Shown here: one piece after another, positions 55,101 to 63,494 of the stretch
Layout: the number at the start of each line of letters is the position of its first letter
How positions within the stretch are numbered: position 1 is the first letter of the stretch
NCBI GenBank assembly: GCA_964421015.1
Contig: CAYQUS010000005.1
Coordinates: forward strand, 10,063-74,062
DNA from: an uncultured Planctomycetia bacterium
GTDB taxonomy: Bacteria; Omnitrophota; Gorgyraeia; Tantalellales; Tantalellaceae
Length of the DNA: 64,000 nt
Reading direction: 5' to 3'
Translations under genes and position numbers: made by a program
Notes under the pieces: model-generated
What the model was told of the DNA's origin: nothing
What the model saw: the letters and a program-made list of their open reading frames with translations, nothing else
Databases searched by the model: none

Positions 55101-56529
55101 GGGTCTTGCGGTCCTTTCCCATGATGGTATTCCCCAGGGCAGGGACCTTATTAATACCCTCATGAGAAAATATTCCGAACCCGACGACGGTTTTATGTTC
55201 AGGATAAACCTTGATTTTGATAATCTCTCGCAGGCGCCAGTCGCGTACGGTGATATTGTCAATTCCTCCGGAGTTAATCTCATAGAGGAGGCTTTTAGCA
55301 GAGTTCTAGGAACCGCTGTCACGGTAAGGTCAGGGTCCGGCGATGAGATGGTTGTAGTGGGGTATTCCCCGTTATCGGAAAAGGATACAAAAGACATGAT
55401 CTCTGGGGTTGTTAAAGAACTTAACGAAAAACTGCTTCCTGGACTTACGTCTATTTCTTCCGAAGGTGAAGAGAAGACAATAAGATGGACACTGATGGAT
55501 GGGACGGAATGGTCTCCTTCTATAAGCGCCGGAGTCTCGTTCTTTGATCTGGGGAATAAGGATGATATCGAAAAACAGCTTTCGCTTCTTGACGCTAAAT
55601 CCGAGCAGGCGATTACCGAAGTAAAGAATTCCGGGAAAAGGAATGTTGTTTTTTATGACGAGAATTTGCCGGGCGAGGACCTGTACGAAGAGAACATGGA
55701 ACGTGCCATACCTGCGGATCTTGTGGATGTAGCTCTTAAGACAGTTTCGGCGGCCTACGCGGAAAGAGCCCTGAAAGATCCTTTTGTTACCCCGGATCTT
55801 GCCGCTATTTCTGTGAGAGCCCCGCCGGAAAGCCTTGATATGCCCGAGAGCGTTACCGGAAGTATTTCCCAGCTTATGGGCAATGTCAGGAATCATAACT
55901 ACCCGAATGTCCATATTATAGGTCTGACAAAAGAGGAGTTCGAGATAGAGAGAACATATATGCAGAATCTGAGCAATGAAACAAAACGCTACTGCACAAG
56001 ACAGGTAGGAAATTCCAACTATTACCAGGTTTTCTATAACATGGAAAGCAGCGATGTGCCGGGAGACGTAAAGGAAGCGGTACTGTCTTTGCCTGAAAAC
56101 GTGAGGGGTTCCGAGGAAGCTCGTTTTGTAGCTTCAGGTAATGAAGGCCTGAGGGCCAAGGTGGAAAGTGTTCTTAAAGACGCTGAGGTTACGGGAATGG
56201 GTCAATATGTGGGTATGGTCGAGGGTAACTTTTCACCCGCTGACGGCTACGAGAACCAGAGGTATTCTCACGTAAGCCTTGCTTTTTACGGTATAGGGCT
56301 TATGGAATGGGACAGATCGGAAGGGGCTACAAAGAAAGCTATAGCCGAAAGCCTCAAAACCCTTCTCGGCGCGATAGTAGATAATTTTGATGAGGTTAAA
56401 AATCTGGATCCGGAAGATGTGATACGGCAGGTGCTGAGCGGAAACTTCATAATGAATATAAAGAAAGTGGACTTCGAGAACATAAAAGCTTTCATGGAAT
56501 CAGAAAGGGCGATCCTAAGGTCGCTGTAA
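52117..56529 (+). CDS. Giant (1470 aa) secreted protein of unknown function
   Basis: Signal peptide after the internal Met (MKRTIRRSVAVFISAAVFFG). No confident domain; HIQDAHCN and VIMTGGFHTENL are faintly reminiscent of TraB/Tiki GxxH...GxGHL motifs. Confidence 0.5.
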   Translation: MFLRGKMGIGGFYHITVKMKRTIRRSVAVFISAAVFFGNYCEFRCENVFAQDDETSYASSLDKGQYCVLDVDTFTLPPHLGDVRFSHKGHSARMVIHIQDAHCNYFAQTKIADIIDYLNKEYGVTTINVEGGAGAYDLSAFTAISGSEIRREVAEYFVKRGEVNGAELYAINNPRDVSLWGIEDKELYLRNLKVYRDSLLYKPEVDLYLKELRHAINNLKRHIYTPELLKIDMAYNSYKAGNMDFKAYLDFLISTAKGSGISVKKYPNLYLIGQAMEKEASVDFKRANAERGVLVDKMKQILSRNEMGELLSKTVDFKTKRISVKDFYNYLLGKARECGIKTSDYPALSGYIVYVSLFEAVDSFLVMGELDKLESELKEPLYRDQREKELNVLSRNLALLGNIFELLLTKTDFAYYKENSASFGAARFLSFIEKEAPAFGITAKVSREAVNLDRYLSDIIRFYELSFERDKAFVKNMRFASSPSGNEAAVIMTGGFHTENLSELFRSEGYSYLSIMPKFTSEENYDNPYFAILAGQTADVQQMLRSALAQTALLQVVSLLNSDPEMSDAFYAKGESDIFRTAVGVIAYLRESGYSLSDIEIKGITLNSSDLGLDVRFSERGKEDVNLTVPWGNAGRISLEDRRVQLEALRTASYSGASSGAMTEKYFVHKCMKNLEEGKTLLVVTGETSGLSDLNSRWGHVGVDTVRDAFGEKMYEILTSRRNELAGMGVEFSGHNNPYGGRWHFAFTVDEDQYSSAKFKEEIENIYLAAKNALIEDARISKDISSELDSLNVVFGVSEPISASGVMDRMSSLKEGDEERHQSLLDSYARYKGTAPEELSAEAFDEMGEVYKYAVKMLFGDSLRGIIYAENVYYSDKAPQLLSRLLREELEGGIAANNVFSKGAVPSGVERVFFSSDPAGQGTIKDWYRSEWTRGWGKYDVFRFRIPNFTQIERTLEDLGDGSLTESEASRIIAERLSLNFPDMRSFGQLTDYITGLAVLSHDGIPQGRDLINTLMRKYSEPDDGFMFRINLDFDNLSQAPVAYGDIVNSSGVNLIEEAFSRVLGTAVTVRSGSGDEMVVVGYSPLSEKDTKDMISGVVKELNEKLLPGLTSISSEGEEKTIRWTLMDGTEWSPSISAGVSFFDLGNKDDIEKQLSLLDAKSEQAITEVKNSGKRNVVFYDENLPGEDLYEENMERAIPADLVDVALKTVSAAYAERALKDPFVTPDLAAISVRAPPESLDMPESVTGSISQLMGNVRNHNYPNVHIIGLTKEEFEIERTYMQNLSNETKRYCTRQVGNSNYYQVFYNMESSDVPGDVKEAVLSLPENVRGSEEARFVASGNEGLRAKVESVLKDAEVTGMGQYVGMVEGNFSPADGYENQRYSHVSLAFYGIGLMEWDRSEGATKKAIAESLKTLLGAIVDNFDEVKNLDPEDVIRQVLSGNFIMNIKKVDFENIKAFMESERAILRSL

Positions 56530-56549
56530 AGACTCATACAAATTGTGTG

Positions 56550-56880
56550 TTTTCCTTCAGGGAATCCGCTCAAGTGCTTGAACACGCCCTGGGAGAAAGT
56601 GTGTTCTGCGCGCTTTCGCTACTTCGCCTGTTAATTTTATAGGGTAAGGAGAGCTTGTAATCGAAGCAAATGTCGGGCGTTAAATTTTATCCTTTTCGGC
56701 GGCGAATCCGCTCAAGTGCTTGAACACGCCCTGGGAGAAAGTGTGTTCTGCGCGCTTTCGCTACTTCGCCTGTTAATTTTATAGGGTAAGGAGAGCTTGT
56801 AATCGAAGCAAATGTCGGGCGTTAAATTTTATCCTTTTCGGCGGCGAATCCGCTCAAGTGCTCGAACACACTTTCTCCCC
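56550..56880. repeat. 142-bp tandem direct repeat, about 2.3 copies
   Basis: Unit starts at 56562, 56704 and 56846 (GAATCCGCTCAAGTGCTTGAACACGCCCTGGGAGAAAGTGTGTTC...). Copy 3 is truncated, with its internal hairpin collapsed. Confidence 0.85.
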
Positions 56881-56989
56881 GGCTAATTTTTTCAATATGT
56901 GTCATCCGCGAGGCCGACCGTGAGGATTTATCTCCGCTTCCCACATCCGCCACGTACATGTATAATGAGATGGTATAAAGGAGATAATT

Positions 56990-57925
56990 ATGAAGTACAG
57001 AAGACTCGGTAAAACCGGAATTGACGTTTCCGAAATATGCCTCGGGACGTGGGTTTTTGGCGGAGACCTGTGGGGAGAGGTGGACGACAAGGTGTCGGAA
57101 AGTGTCGTTAGCCTGGCGATAGACAAAGGTATCAATTTTATAGATACGGCCCCGATCTACGGAGCGGGAAGGTCGGAATCCGTCATAGGAAGGGCTATAA
57201 AAGGGAAGAGGGATAAGGTTGTAATAGCCACAAAATGCGGGCTTAAAGCTAAGGGTCACGGTATAGAGGTAGATCTTAGCGCGGGTTTTATAAGAGAGGA
57301 CATAGAGAACTCTCTTAAGAGGTTGGATACGGATACGATAGACCTGTACCAGTGCCACTGGCCCGACAATAAAACGCCTTTCGACGAGACCTTCAATGAA
57401 TTAAACAAGCTTGTTAGAGAAGGTAAGGTGAAACATATCGGGATATCCAATTTTGATCCGCGTCAGACCATAGCCGCAAGTGAAAGGGCCGATATTATCT
57501 CAAATCAGGTGCAGTACTCTCTTCTCGATAGAAGGGTAGAAGCGCAACTTTTCCCGGTACTTGGGGAAAAAAAGATATCGGTATTGCCTTATGGTGTTCT
57601 CGGCGGAGGGATACTTACGGGGAAATACCGCACTCCGCCTGAAATTAAGCCCGGTGAAGTTAAAGATTTTTTCTACAAGTTCTACAAAGAACCGGAGTGG
57701 TCCAGAACCATGAAGCTTGTCTCTGTCATGGACAGAATAGCAGAAAAACACGACGCTTCGGATTCTCATGTGGCCATAAACTGGATGCTTTCGCATGAAG
57801 AAGTGGCAAGCTGTATAGTGGGCTGCCGCACTCCCCAGCAGCTTGACGAGAACCTCAAAGCCCTCGAGTGGGAACTTTCCAAACCAGATGCCGAGAAACT
57901 TGATCTTGTCAGCAAAACAATATAG
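56990..57925 (+). CDS. Aldo/keto reductase
   Basis: AKR N-terminus MKYRRLGKTGIDVSEICLGTW and IDTAPIYG motif. Confidence 0.9.
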   Translation: MKYRRLGKTGIDVSEICLGTWVFGGDLWGEVDDKVSESVVSLAIDKGINFIDTAPIYGAGRSESVIGRAIKGKRDKVVIATKCGLKAKGHGIEVDLSAGFIREDIENSLKRLDTDTIDLYQCHWPDNKTPFDETFNELNKLVREGKVKHIGISNFDPRQTIAASERADIISNQVQYSLLDRRVEAQLFPVLGEKKISVLPYGVLGGGILTGKYRTPPEIKPGEVKDFFYKFYKEPEWSRTMKLVSVMDRIAEKHDASDSHVAINWMLSHEEVASCIVGCRTPQQLDENLKALEWELSKPDAEKLDLVSKTI

Positions 57926-57946
57926 ATCCTAAAGTTTTGAGGAATA

Positions 57947-58102
57947 GGGCACTGTTCTTACTTGCCCTCCAGGGACGGCCAATTTTCCCAGCGAGAAAAT
58001 TGGCCTCGGTGGAAGCCCTCGCTCTCCCGTGGGCTTTTGTGCCCACGGGAACCTTGCCCGCTCGGTCTTCCAACGCCCTTCCGGGCAAATAAGAACAGTG
58101 CC
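57947..58102. repeat. 156-bp nested-hairpin element (20-bp outer inverted repeat enclosing two internal hairpins)
   Basis: Outer arms GGGCACTGTTCTTACTTGCCC / GGGCAAATAAGAACAGTGCC. Inner stems GGCCAATTTT/AAAATTGGCC and CCCGTGGGC/GCCCACGGG. Confidence 0.75.
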
Positions 58103-58226
58103 TCATAGCATGGGGCGCAAGAGGATCCTTAGTGACTGGCGCGGAGTTGCTATTTTCTGATGAGAAGTGCCTGTCAACAATGTGTCTAAACAAGTAGCAA
58201 GGCAGAAGTGGGGAGTAGAATAGAAC

Positions 58227-58270
58227 GTCATTCTGAGCGAAGCGAAGAATCAAGATCCTTCGGTCGCTAG
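58227..58270. repeat. MITE-family fragment
   Basis: GTCATTCTGAGCGAAGCGAAGAATCAAGATCCTTCGGTCGCT. Confidence 0.6.
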
Positions 58271-58315
58271 ACTCTCTCAGGAAAAAGTGGTGAGTGAGTT
58301 ACATGACACCAATCT

Positions 58316-59578
58316 CTAATCAATCCTTCCTGATCGGATTATCTTGGAGTAGCATCTGGCGGACGGGCGGATGGTGCGCTGCTGGGTGCTGAAGTCTACT
58401 TCTACAAGGCCAAATTTTTTGCTGTAACCCGAGTCCCATTCAAAATTGTCGAGGAGCGACCAGTGTAGGTATCCTTTTACGTGGAAGCCTTCGTTCAAGG
58501 CTTTTAGGACGGCGGTGAGATGTTCTTTTATGTAATTTTTTCTTCTGTCGTCGTTTAACGTGCCGATACCATTCTCGGTTATCATCATCGGAAGCCGGTA
58601 TTTGGCGAAAGCTTTTATGACCTCATACAGCCCTTCCGGATAAACTTCCCAGCCCATATCTGTTATCTCTCTTTTCCCGGCGCGCGGGGGGGGAGAGACC
58701 ACTTCTCCGAAAGGATGCGCGAAAAGGTCTTTTTCTCCCCGGATGAACTGCCTGAAATAATAGTTCAGCCCTATGAAGTCGAGCGTACGCGCTGCGGGGA
58801 GCCTTTCTTTGCGAAATGGATCAAACTCTATTCTGCCGTTTACTAGGGAAGATATGAAGTTGTAGTTATGGAACCTGCTTCTAAAGGCGCAAGCCAGGCG
58901 GTCAGAAATTGAAAAAGGCGATTCAGGATGAAAAGCTGTAACAGCTTTTGCTATGCCTATTTGTGTATTTTTGCATGACGTATTTTTTATCATTTCATAT
59001 GAAAGGGCATGGGCTTTGAGCATGTTTCTTAGGACGGTGACGGCCTCATTGAAATTCTTATGACATGGCGGCCACTGACCCCAGAAATACGCGAGTATGG
59101 CGAGTATGTTAGGTTCGTTTATAGTGATCCAGTATTTAACACGGCTTCCAAGTTCCCGAGCGGCTTTTTCGGCGAAACGCGCGAAAATGCAGGGAGAATC
59201 AGGGTTAAGCCATCCGCCTTTTTTTGAAAGCCATAAAGGCAGTGTAAAGTGGTGGAGCGTAAGTATAGGTTCTATATTTTTTTCGAGCAGTGAATCAAGG
59301 ACAGCTCTGTAATGCTCCCATTCCTTATCCTGCCATGTATTCTCGGAAGTCTCTATCCGGCTCCACTCAAGGCCAAGACGATGGGCGTTATGCCCGAGTT
59401 CCGCGGCTATACGGAAATCGTCGTTAAAACGGGTGTAGTGTTCGCAGGCCCGGCCGCATTCTTCGTGCGCGGAAGCTTTTTCCCAATCGGCCCAGTCACA
59501 GGTCGAATTAGCGCCTTCAACCTGATAAGCGCTCGTCGACGCGCCCCACAAAAAGTTTTCCGGGAATTTGTTTTGCAT
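58316..59578 (-). CDS. bgl: GH1 beta-glucosidase
   Basis: N-terminus FLWGASTSAYQVEGA and catalytic TENG/NEP motifs (ITENGIG; YWITINEPN). Confidence 0.9.
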   Translation of the reverse strand: MQNKFPENFLWGASTSAYQVEGANSTCDWADWEKASAHEECGRACEHYTRFNDDFRIAAELGHNAHRLGLEWSRIETSENTWQDKEWEHYRAVLDSLLEKNIEPILTLHHFTLPLWLSKKGGWLNPDSPCIFARFAEKAARELGSRVKYWITINEPNILAILAYFWGQWPPCHKNFNEAVTVLRNMLKAHALSYEMIKNTSCKNTQIGIAKAVTAFHPESPFSISDRLACAFRSRFHNYNFISSLVNGRIEFDPFRKERLPAARTLDFIGLNYYFRQFIRGEKDLFAHPFGEVVSPPPRAGKREITDMGWEVYPEGLYEVIKAFAKYRLPMMITENGIGTLNDDRRKNYIKEHLTAVLKALNEGFHVKGYLHWSLLDNFEWDSGYSKKFGLVEVDFSTQQRTIRPSARCYSKIIRSGRID

Positions 59579-59640
59579 GAGGTAAGTATATCACGGGAAG
59601 GGTAAAAGGAGGAAGAGGGAAGCAGTGAGGGGATGGGCAG

Positions 59641-59678
59641 TTGGTGACAGGCACCACTGGTGCCTGTCACCAATGTGT
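59641..59678. repeat. Palindrome-family element (variant)
   Basis: TTGGTGACAGGCACCA c TGGTGCCTGTCACCAA. Confidence 0.75.
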
Positions 59679-59718
59679 ACAAAAGTCAGGTCAGGAATGA
59701 AAGGACTTCAAACACCCC

Positions 59719-59845
59719 GTCATTTTGAGCCACTCCACCTGTCATTCTGAGGAGGCCGACGGCCGACGAAGAATTTATATTTTATGTGATCCTTCGGCCC
59801 TTCGGGCCTCAGGATGACAAGTTAAGAAAGGCCTCAGGATGACAA
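59719..59845. repeat. MITE-like element, full copy
   Basis: GTCATTTTGAG/GTCATTCTGAGG ... CGAAGAAT...GTGATCCTTCGG ... CCTCAGGATGACAA twice. Collinear with the copy at 20521-20640. Confidence 0.8.
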
Positions 59846-60053
59846 ATACGAATCTTGTGCCGGGTGGGAACCTACATACCAAAGTGTCTCCGGATTATGC
59901 GGTAAAGTGCCCTGTAGTTTTTCGTATATTTATGCTGGATTTAGTTGACTGTGGACATTTTGGTGCGTAATACGGGGACACTTTGCGCTATGGCGGCGCA
60001 CCCGGCGCAAAGCGAAGTCGGTGGGGCATCATTTGCTAAAAAATAAAAAAATG

Positions 60054-60082
60054 TTGACAAAAAATAAAAATAACGCTAAGAT
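60054..60082 (+). promoter_or_regulatory. Sigma70-like promoter
   Basis: TTGACA, a 17-nt spacer, then TAAGAT. AGGAGG RBS at about 60119. Confidence 0.45.
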
Positions 60083-60131
60083 TTAACGCGTGAAACGCGC
60101 CTGGGGTAAGTTTAAATAAGGAGGACGAGAA

Positions 60132-61709
60132 ATGAGAAAGTTTGGTTTTAGGGGTTTTGCCGCGGTTTTGGCTCTGACATTTATCTCGCATATCGCGGAA
60201 AGCGGCGCTGAGTGGACCGAGATAACAGGACATCTCGGGGCATCGGAGGATATCACCTGTATCGGAGGCATACCGGGAACTGATACTATTTACGCCGGAT
60301 CCACCGCCGGGGTGTACGTAAGTAATGATCTTGGGAAAACATGGAAGAGAGAAGATGTATCTTCTTTCGGTCCGAAAGTGACAGGAATAGCCTTTTGGAC
60401 AGGGAAGATCTTTGTATCTTCAGACGAAGGCCTCTATATAAAGGAAGGCACGGAAGACCTGTGGCGTCATTCAGAGGGGGAAAGGAACCTTAAAGGGGTG
60501 TGCGCTTATGGAGACACGGGAGAAATAGTAACATGGACAAGGGACAGGATATTTACGGTAAACGGCGATTCCTGGAGGGATATAACTCCGGGCGCGGTCC
60601 AAGGCGAGATAGTAAAAGTAACGGCAGGTTCGTCTCTCCTTTATATAGCAAGCGGCGGCGAGGTAATTTTTGGTAAACCAGGCACTGACGGCTGGGATAG
60701 AGTAACTCTTGTCGGGGACAAAGGAGAAGAAGTCCCTGAAGACATGGAAAATATTACCGAGGATGAAAATGAAGACGAAGAGGCTGTTCTCCTGGAAAGC
60801 ATAAGGGATATGACACCTCTTTATTCTGACGGAGTCTGTGCGTCCACAGGAAAAGGGATATATTTAATGGAGGGAGCTTCTTTAGGACCAAAGAAGGTGG
60901 ATACCACCGGACTTCCTTCTAAGAGCGTTGTAACGGCCCTGGCCGTGAATGAAGGCATACTCGCCGCTACCGATAAAAAAGTGTTTTTTCGAGGTTCTGA
61001 AGCACTTTCCTGGAAAAGCGTCCTTGAAGTTTCGGACGGGGGGAAGATAAGAGAGATAAAAACATACAAAAGCAATAACGGGCCCGAGATAATATTGGCG
61101 GCTTTCTCAAAGCGGGTATTTCTATTCGCATACAAGCAGGGTTCATTTTCTGATATAAGAGGTCCGGGTGAATTGTCAGTCTTTGGCGAGAGGTTTTCAG
61201 GTGGCCCAGACATAAAGGAAGTGCATAAGATGGCTATTGATTACGCGGAGGTAAGCCCCGGCAAGATCGAAAGCTGGAGAAAAGCCGCCAAGTGGAGAGC
61301 TATCCTCCCAAGATTATCATTAGGTTACGACGAAGATCACAGCGATAACATAGAGATATACACAAGCGCGACGCAGAAGTATCTTGTGACAGGGCCCAGG
61401 GAAAAAAGGGACGGGTGGGATGTTTCGCTTACGTGGGACTTGCCGGACCTTATATGGACCTCGGCTCAGACCAGCATTGACGTAAGGAGTAAACTTATGG
61501 TGCAGCTGAGGGACGATATACTCGAGGATGTGACACGATTATATTTCGAGAGAAAAAGGCTCATAGAGGAAATTTACCTGAGGAGGGAAAAAGATAAAGA
61601 GGTCAGGGATCCGGCGAAGGAGAGCCGGGTGGAAGAGCTTACGGCGTATATCGACGCTTATACAGGAGGGAAATTCTCCGCGGCGATGGATAGCCGGAGC
61701 GAGATGTGA
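60132..61709 (+). CDS. Secreted BNR/Asp-box-repeat (beta-propeller-like) protein
   Basis: Signal peptide, and SNDLGKTWK matching the BNR consensus SxDxGxTW. Confidence 0.5.
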   Translation: MRKFGFRGFAAVLALTFISHIAESGAEWTEITGHLGASEDITCIGGIPGTDTIYAGSTAGVYVSNDLGKTWKREDVSSFGPKVTGIAFWTGKIFVSSDEGLYIKEGTEDLWRHSEGERNLKGVCAYGDTGEIVTWTRDRIFTVNGDSWRDITPGAVQGEIVKVTAGSSLLYIASGGEVIFGKPGTDGWDRVTLVGDKGEEVPEDMENITEDENEDEEAVLLESIRDMTPLYSDGVCASTGKGIYLMEGASLGPKKVDTTGLPSKSVVTALAVNEGILAATDKKVFFRGSEALSWKSVLEVSDGGKIREIKTYKSNNGPEIILAAFSKRVFLFAYKQGSFSDIRGPGELSVFGERFSGGPDIKEVHKMAIDYAEVSPGKIESWRKAAKWRAILPRLSLGYDEDHSDNIEIYTSATQKYLVTGPREKRDGWDVSLTWDLPDLIWTSAQTSIDVRSKLMVQLRDDILEDVTRLYFERKRLIEEIYLRREKDKEVRDPAKESRVEELTAYIDAYTGGKFSAAMDSRSEM

Positions 61710-61715
61710 TACAAT

Positions 61716-62255
61716 TTGATCATGGAAAACAGGTCTGAAAAGATAAAGTTCTGGCTTTTACGTATTGTCCCGGGGGCTGTGCTTGTTGCCGCGTCGGTGA
61801 TACTCTTTTATTCGGCGGACGGGAAAGATGAGTCCGAGCGAACGGGATACGTAGAGCCGGTTAAAGAAGAGGCTAGCGGCAGATTCGGTGATGAGGAATG
61901 GAAGAAATTCTCGGAATACGGCGATAAGATTATTGACCAGGTATTAATCGCCTATAACAACGGTAATTACGATGATTTTGTGAAGCATTTTTCGACTAAA
62001 AGACGGGCGATAACCCCGAGGAGTTTCGCGGCGCTTTGGGAAGGGGATTATAAAGGGAAATTCGGCGAGTTCGTCTCAAAAGAATTTTTTAAGGAAAAGT
62101 CCAATCCTGTCAGGAACTTCCCGCTCCTTACTTACAGGGCTGTTTTTGAGAAAAACGGTGACATCGGTATAAGATGCGTTTTTACCATGGACGATGACGG
62201 GGTATACCGCATATTCTACCTTCGTTTCGATCCCTACCAGGATCTCTTCTACTAA
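61716..62255 (+). CDS. Hypothetical membrane-anchored protein
   Basis: N-terminal TM segment, no recognised domain. Translationally close-coupled to the upstream gene. Confidence 0.4.
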   Translation: MIMENRSEKIKFWLLRIVPGAVLVAASVILFYSADGKDESERTGYVEPVKEEASGRFGDEEWKKFSEYGDKIIDQVLIAYNNGNYDDFVKHFSTKRRAITPRSFAALWEGDYKGKFGEFVSKEFFKEKSNPVRNFPLLTYRAVFEKNGDIGIRCVFTMDDDGVYRIFYLRFDPYQDLFY

Positions 62256-62272
62256 CGAGAGCAAAGACACTT

Positions 62273-62331
62273 TGGTGCCAGGCACTATAAACTGGAAAGC
62301 CAACGCTCTGTGCCAGGCACCTCGACCTCAA
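62273..62331. repeat. Palindrome-family half-sites as a direct repeat
   Basis: GGTGCCAGGCAC at 62273 and GTGCCAGGCACC at 62320. Confidence 0.6.
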
Positions 62332-62424
62332 CCTGAACCTTGATCTGGTCCCCTCACTGCCTCAAATTTTCTTGACAAAAAAAGTAATGCTGTTACAATT
62401 AGGGACGGAAAAACGGAGGTCAAA

Positions 62425-63168
62425 ATGGAACTCAACGGAAAAGTTTCTTTAATAACCGGCGCGGGCCGGGGGATCGGTAAAGAGATAGCTATGCTTTTCG
62501 CCCAGAGGGGATCGAACCTGGCTATATGCGACGTAGACGAGGCTCTTGTGGCCGCTACGGGAAAGGAAATAGAGTCAAAAACAGGCAGAAGGGTGATTAC
62601 GGGCAAAGTTAACGTTACGGCGCTCCCTGAAGTGGAGGATTTTGTCAAGAAAACCCTTGACAATTTTGACTCGGTAGATATACTTGTCAACAATGCCGGC
62701 ATCACCAGGGACAATCTGATCATGAGAATGTCCGAAGCGGAGTGGGATTCGGTAATAAGCGTTAACCTGAAAGGCGCTTTTAACTGTATAAAGGCTGTAA
62801 CCAGGCCTATGATGAAAAAGCGCTCCGGTAAGATAGTCAACATGGCCTCGATAATAGGGGTAATGGGAAATGCCGGGCAGGCCAACTACGCGGCGAGTAA
62901 GGGCGGGCTTATAGCCCTTACCAAGACGGTCGCTAAAGAGCTGGGGTCAAGGAACATAACAGTTAACGCCATAGCCCCGGGGTTCATAAAGACCGATATG
63001 ACCGATAAGCTCGCCGATAAGTCGAAAGAAGCGCTTTTGGGGCTTATACCCCTCGGAAGAATGGGTGAAACGGCCGATGTGGCCAAACTCGCCCTTTTCC
63101 TGGCAAGTGAGGAGTCTTCCTATATAACGGGACAGGTGATAAAGGTGGACGGCGGAATGGTGATGTAG
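62425..63168 (+). CDS. fabG: 3-oxoacyl-ACP reductase
   Basis: TGAGRGIG motif, NNAG, and YxxxK (YAASKGG) of the SDR active site. Confidence 0.9.
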   Translation: MELNGKVSLITGAGRGIGKEIAMLFAQRGSNLAICDVDEALVAATGKEIESKTGRRVITGKVNVTALPEVEDFVKKTLDNFDSVDILVNNAGITRDNLIMRMSEAEWDSVISVNLKGAFNCIKAVTRPMMKKRSGKIVNMASIIGVMGNAGQANYAASKGGLIALTKTVAKELGSRNITVNAIAPGFIKTDMTDKLADKSKEALLGLIPLGRMGETADVAKLALFLASEESSYITGQVIKVDGGMVM

Positions 63169-63228
63169 CCGTGCCCAGCTGAAACAAAGAAACGTTCGTA
63201 ATTAAGGTAACTCATAAAAGGAGGAAAA

Positions 63229-63471
63229 ATGTCAGGGATAGCGGAGAAAGTAAAATCGATCGTAGCGGAACAGCTCGGAGTCAAGATCGAGGAAGTTAAG
63301 GAAGACGCTAAGTTCATAGACGACCTCGGAGCGGATTCTTTGGATACGGTTGAACTTGTCATGGCTCTTGAAGAGGAGTTCGGGGCCGAGATACCTGACG
63401 AGGACGCGGAAAAACTCACCACTGTCGGTGAAGCCATATCTTATATTGAAGAGAAAAGTTCAGGAAAGTAA
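63229..63471 (+). CDS. acpP: Acyl carrier protein
   Basis: LGADSLD phosphopantetheine-attachment motif, 80 aa. Confidence 0.95.
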   Translation: MSGIAEKVKSIVAEQLGVKIEEVKEDAKFIDDLGADSLDTVELVMALEEEFGAEIPDEDAEKLTTVGEAISYIEEKSSGK

Positions 63472-63494
63472 CGTCCACAATCCTCTCACAATAA

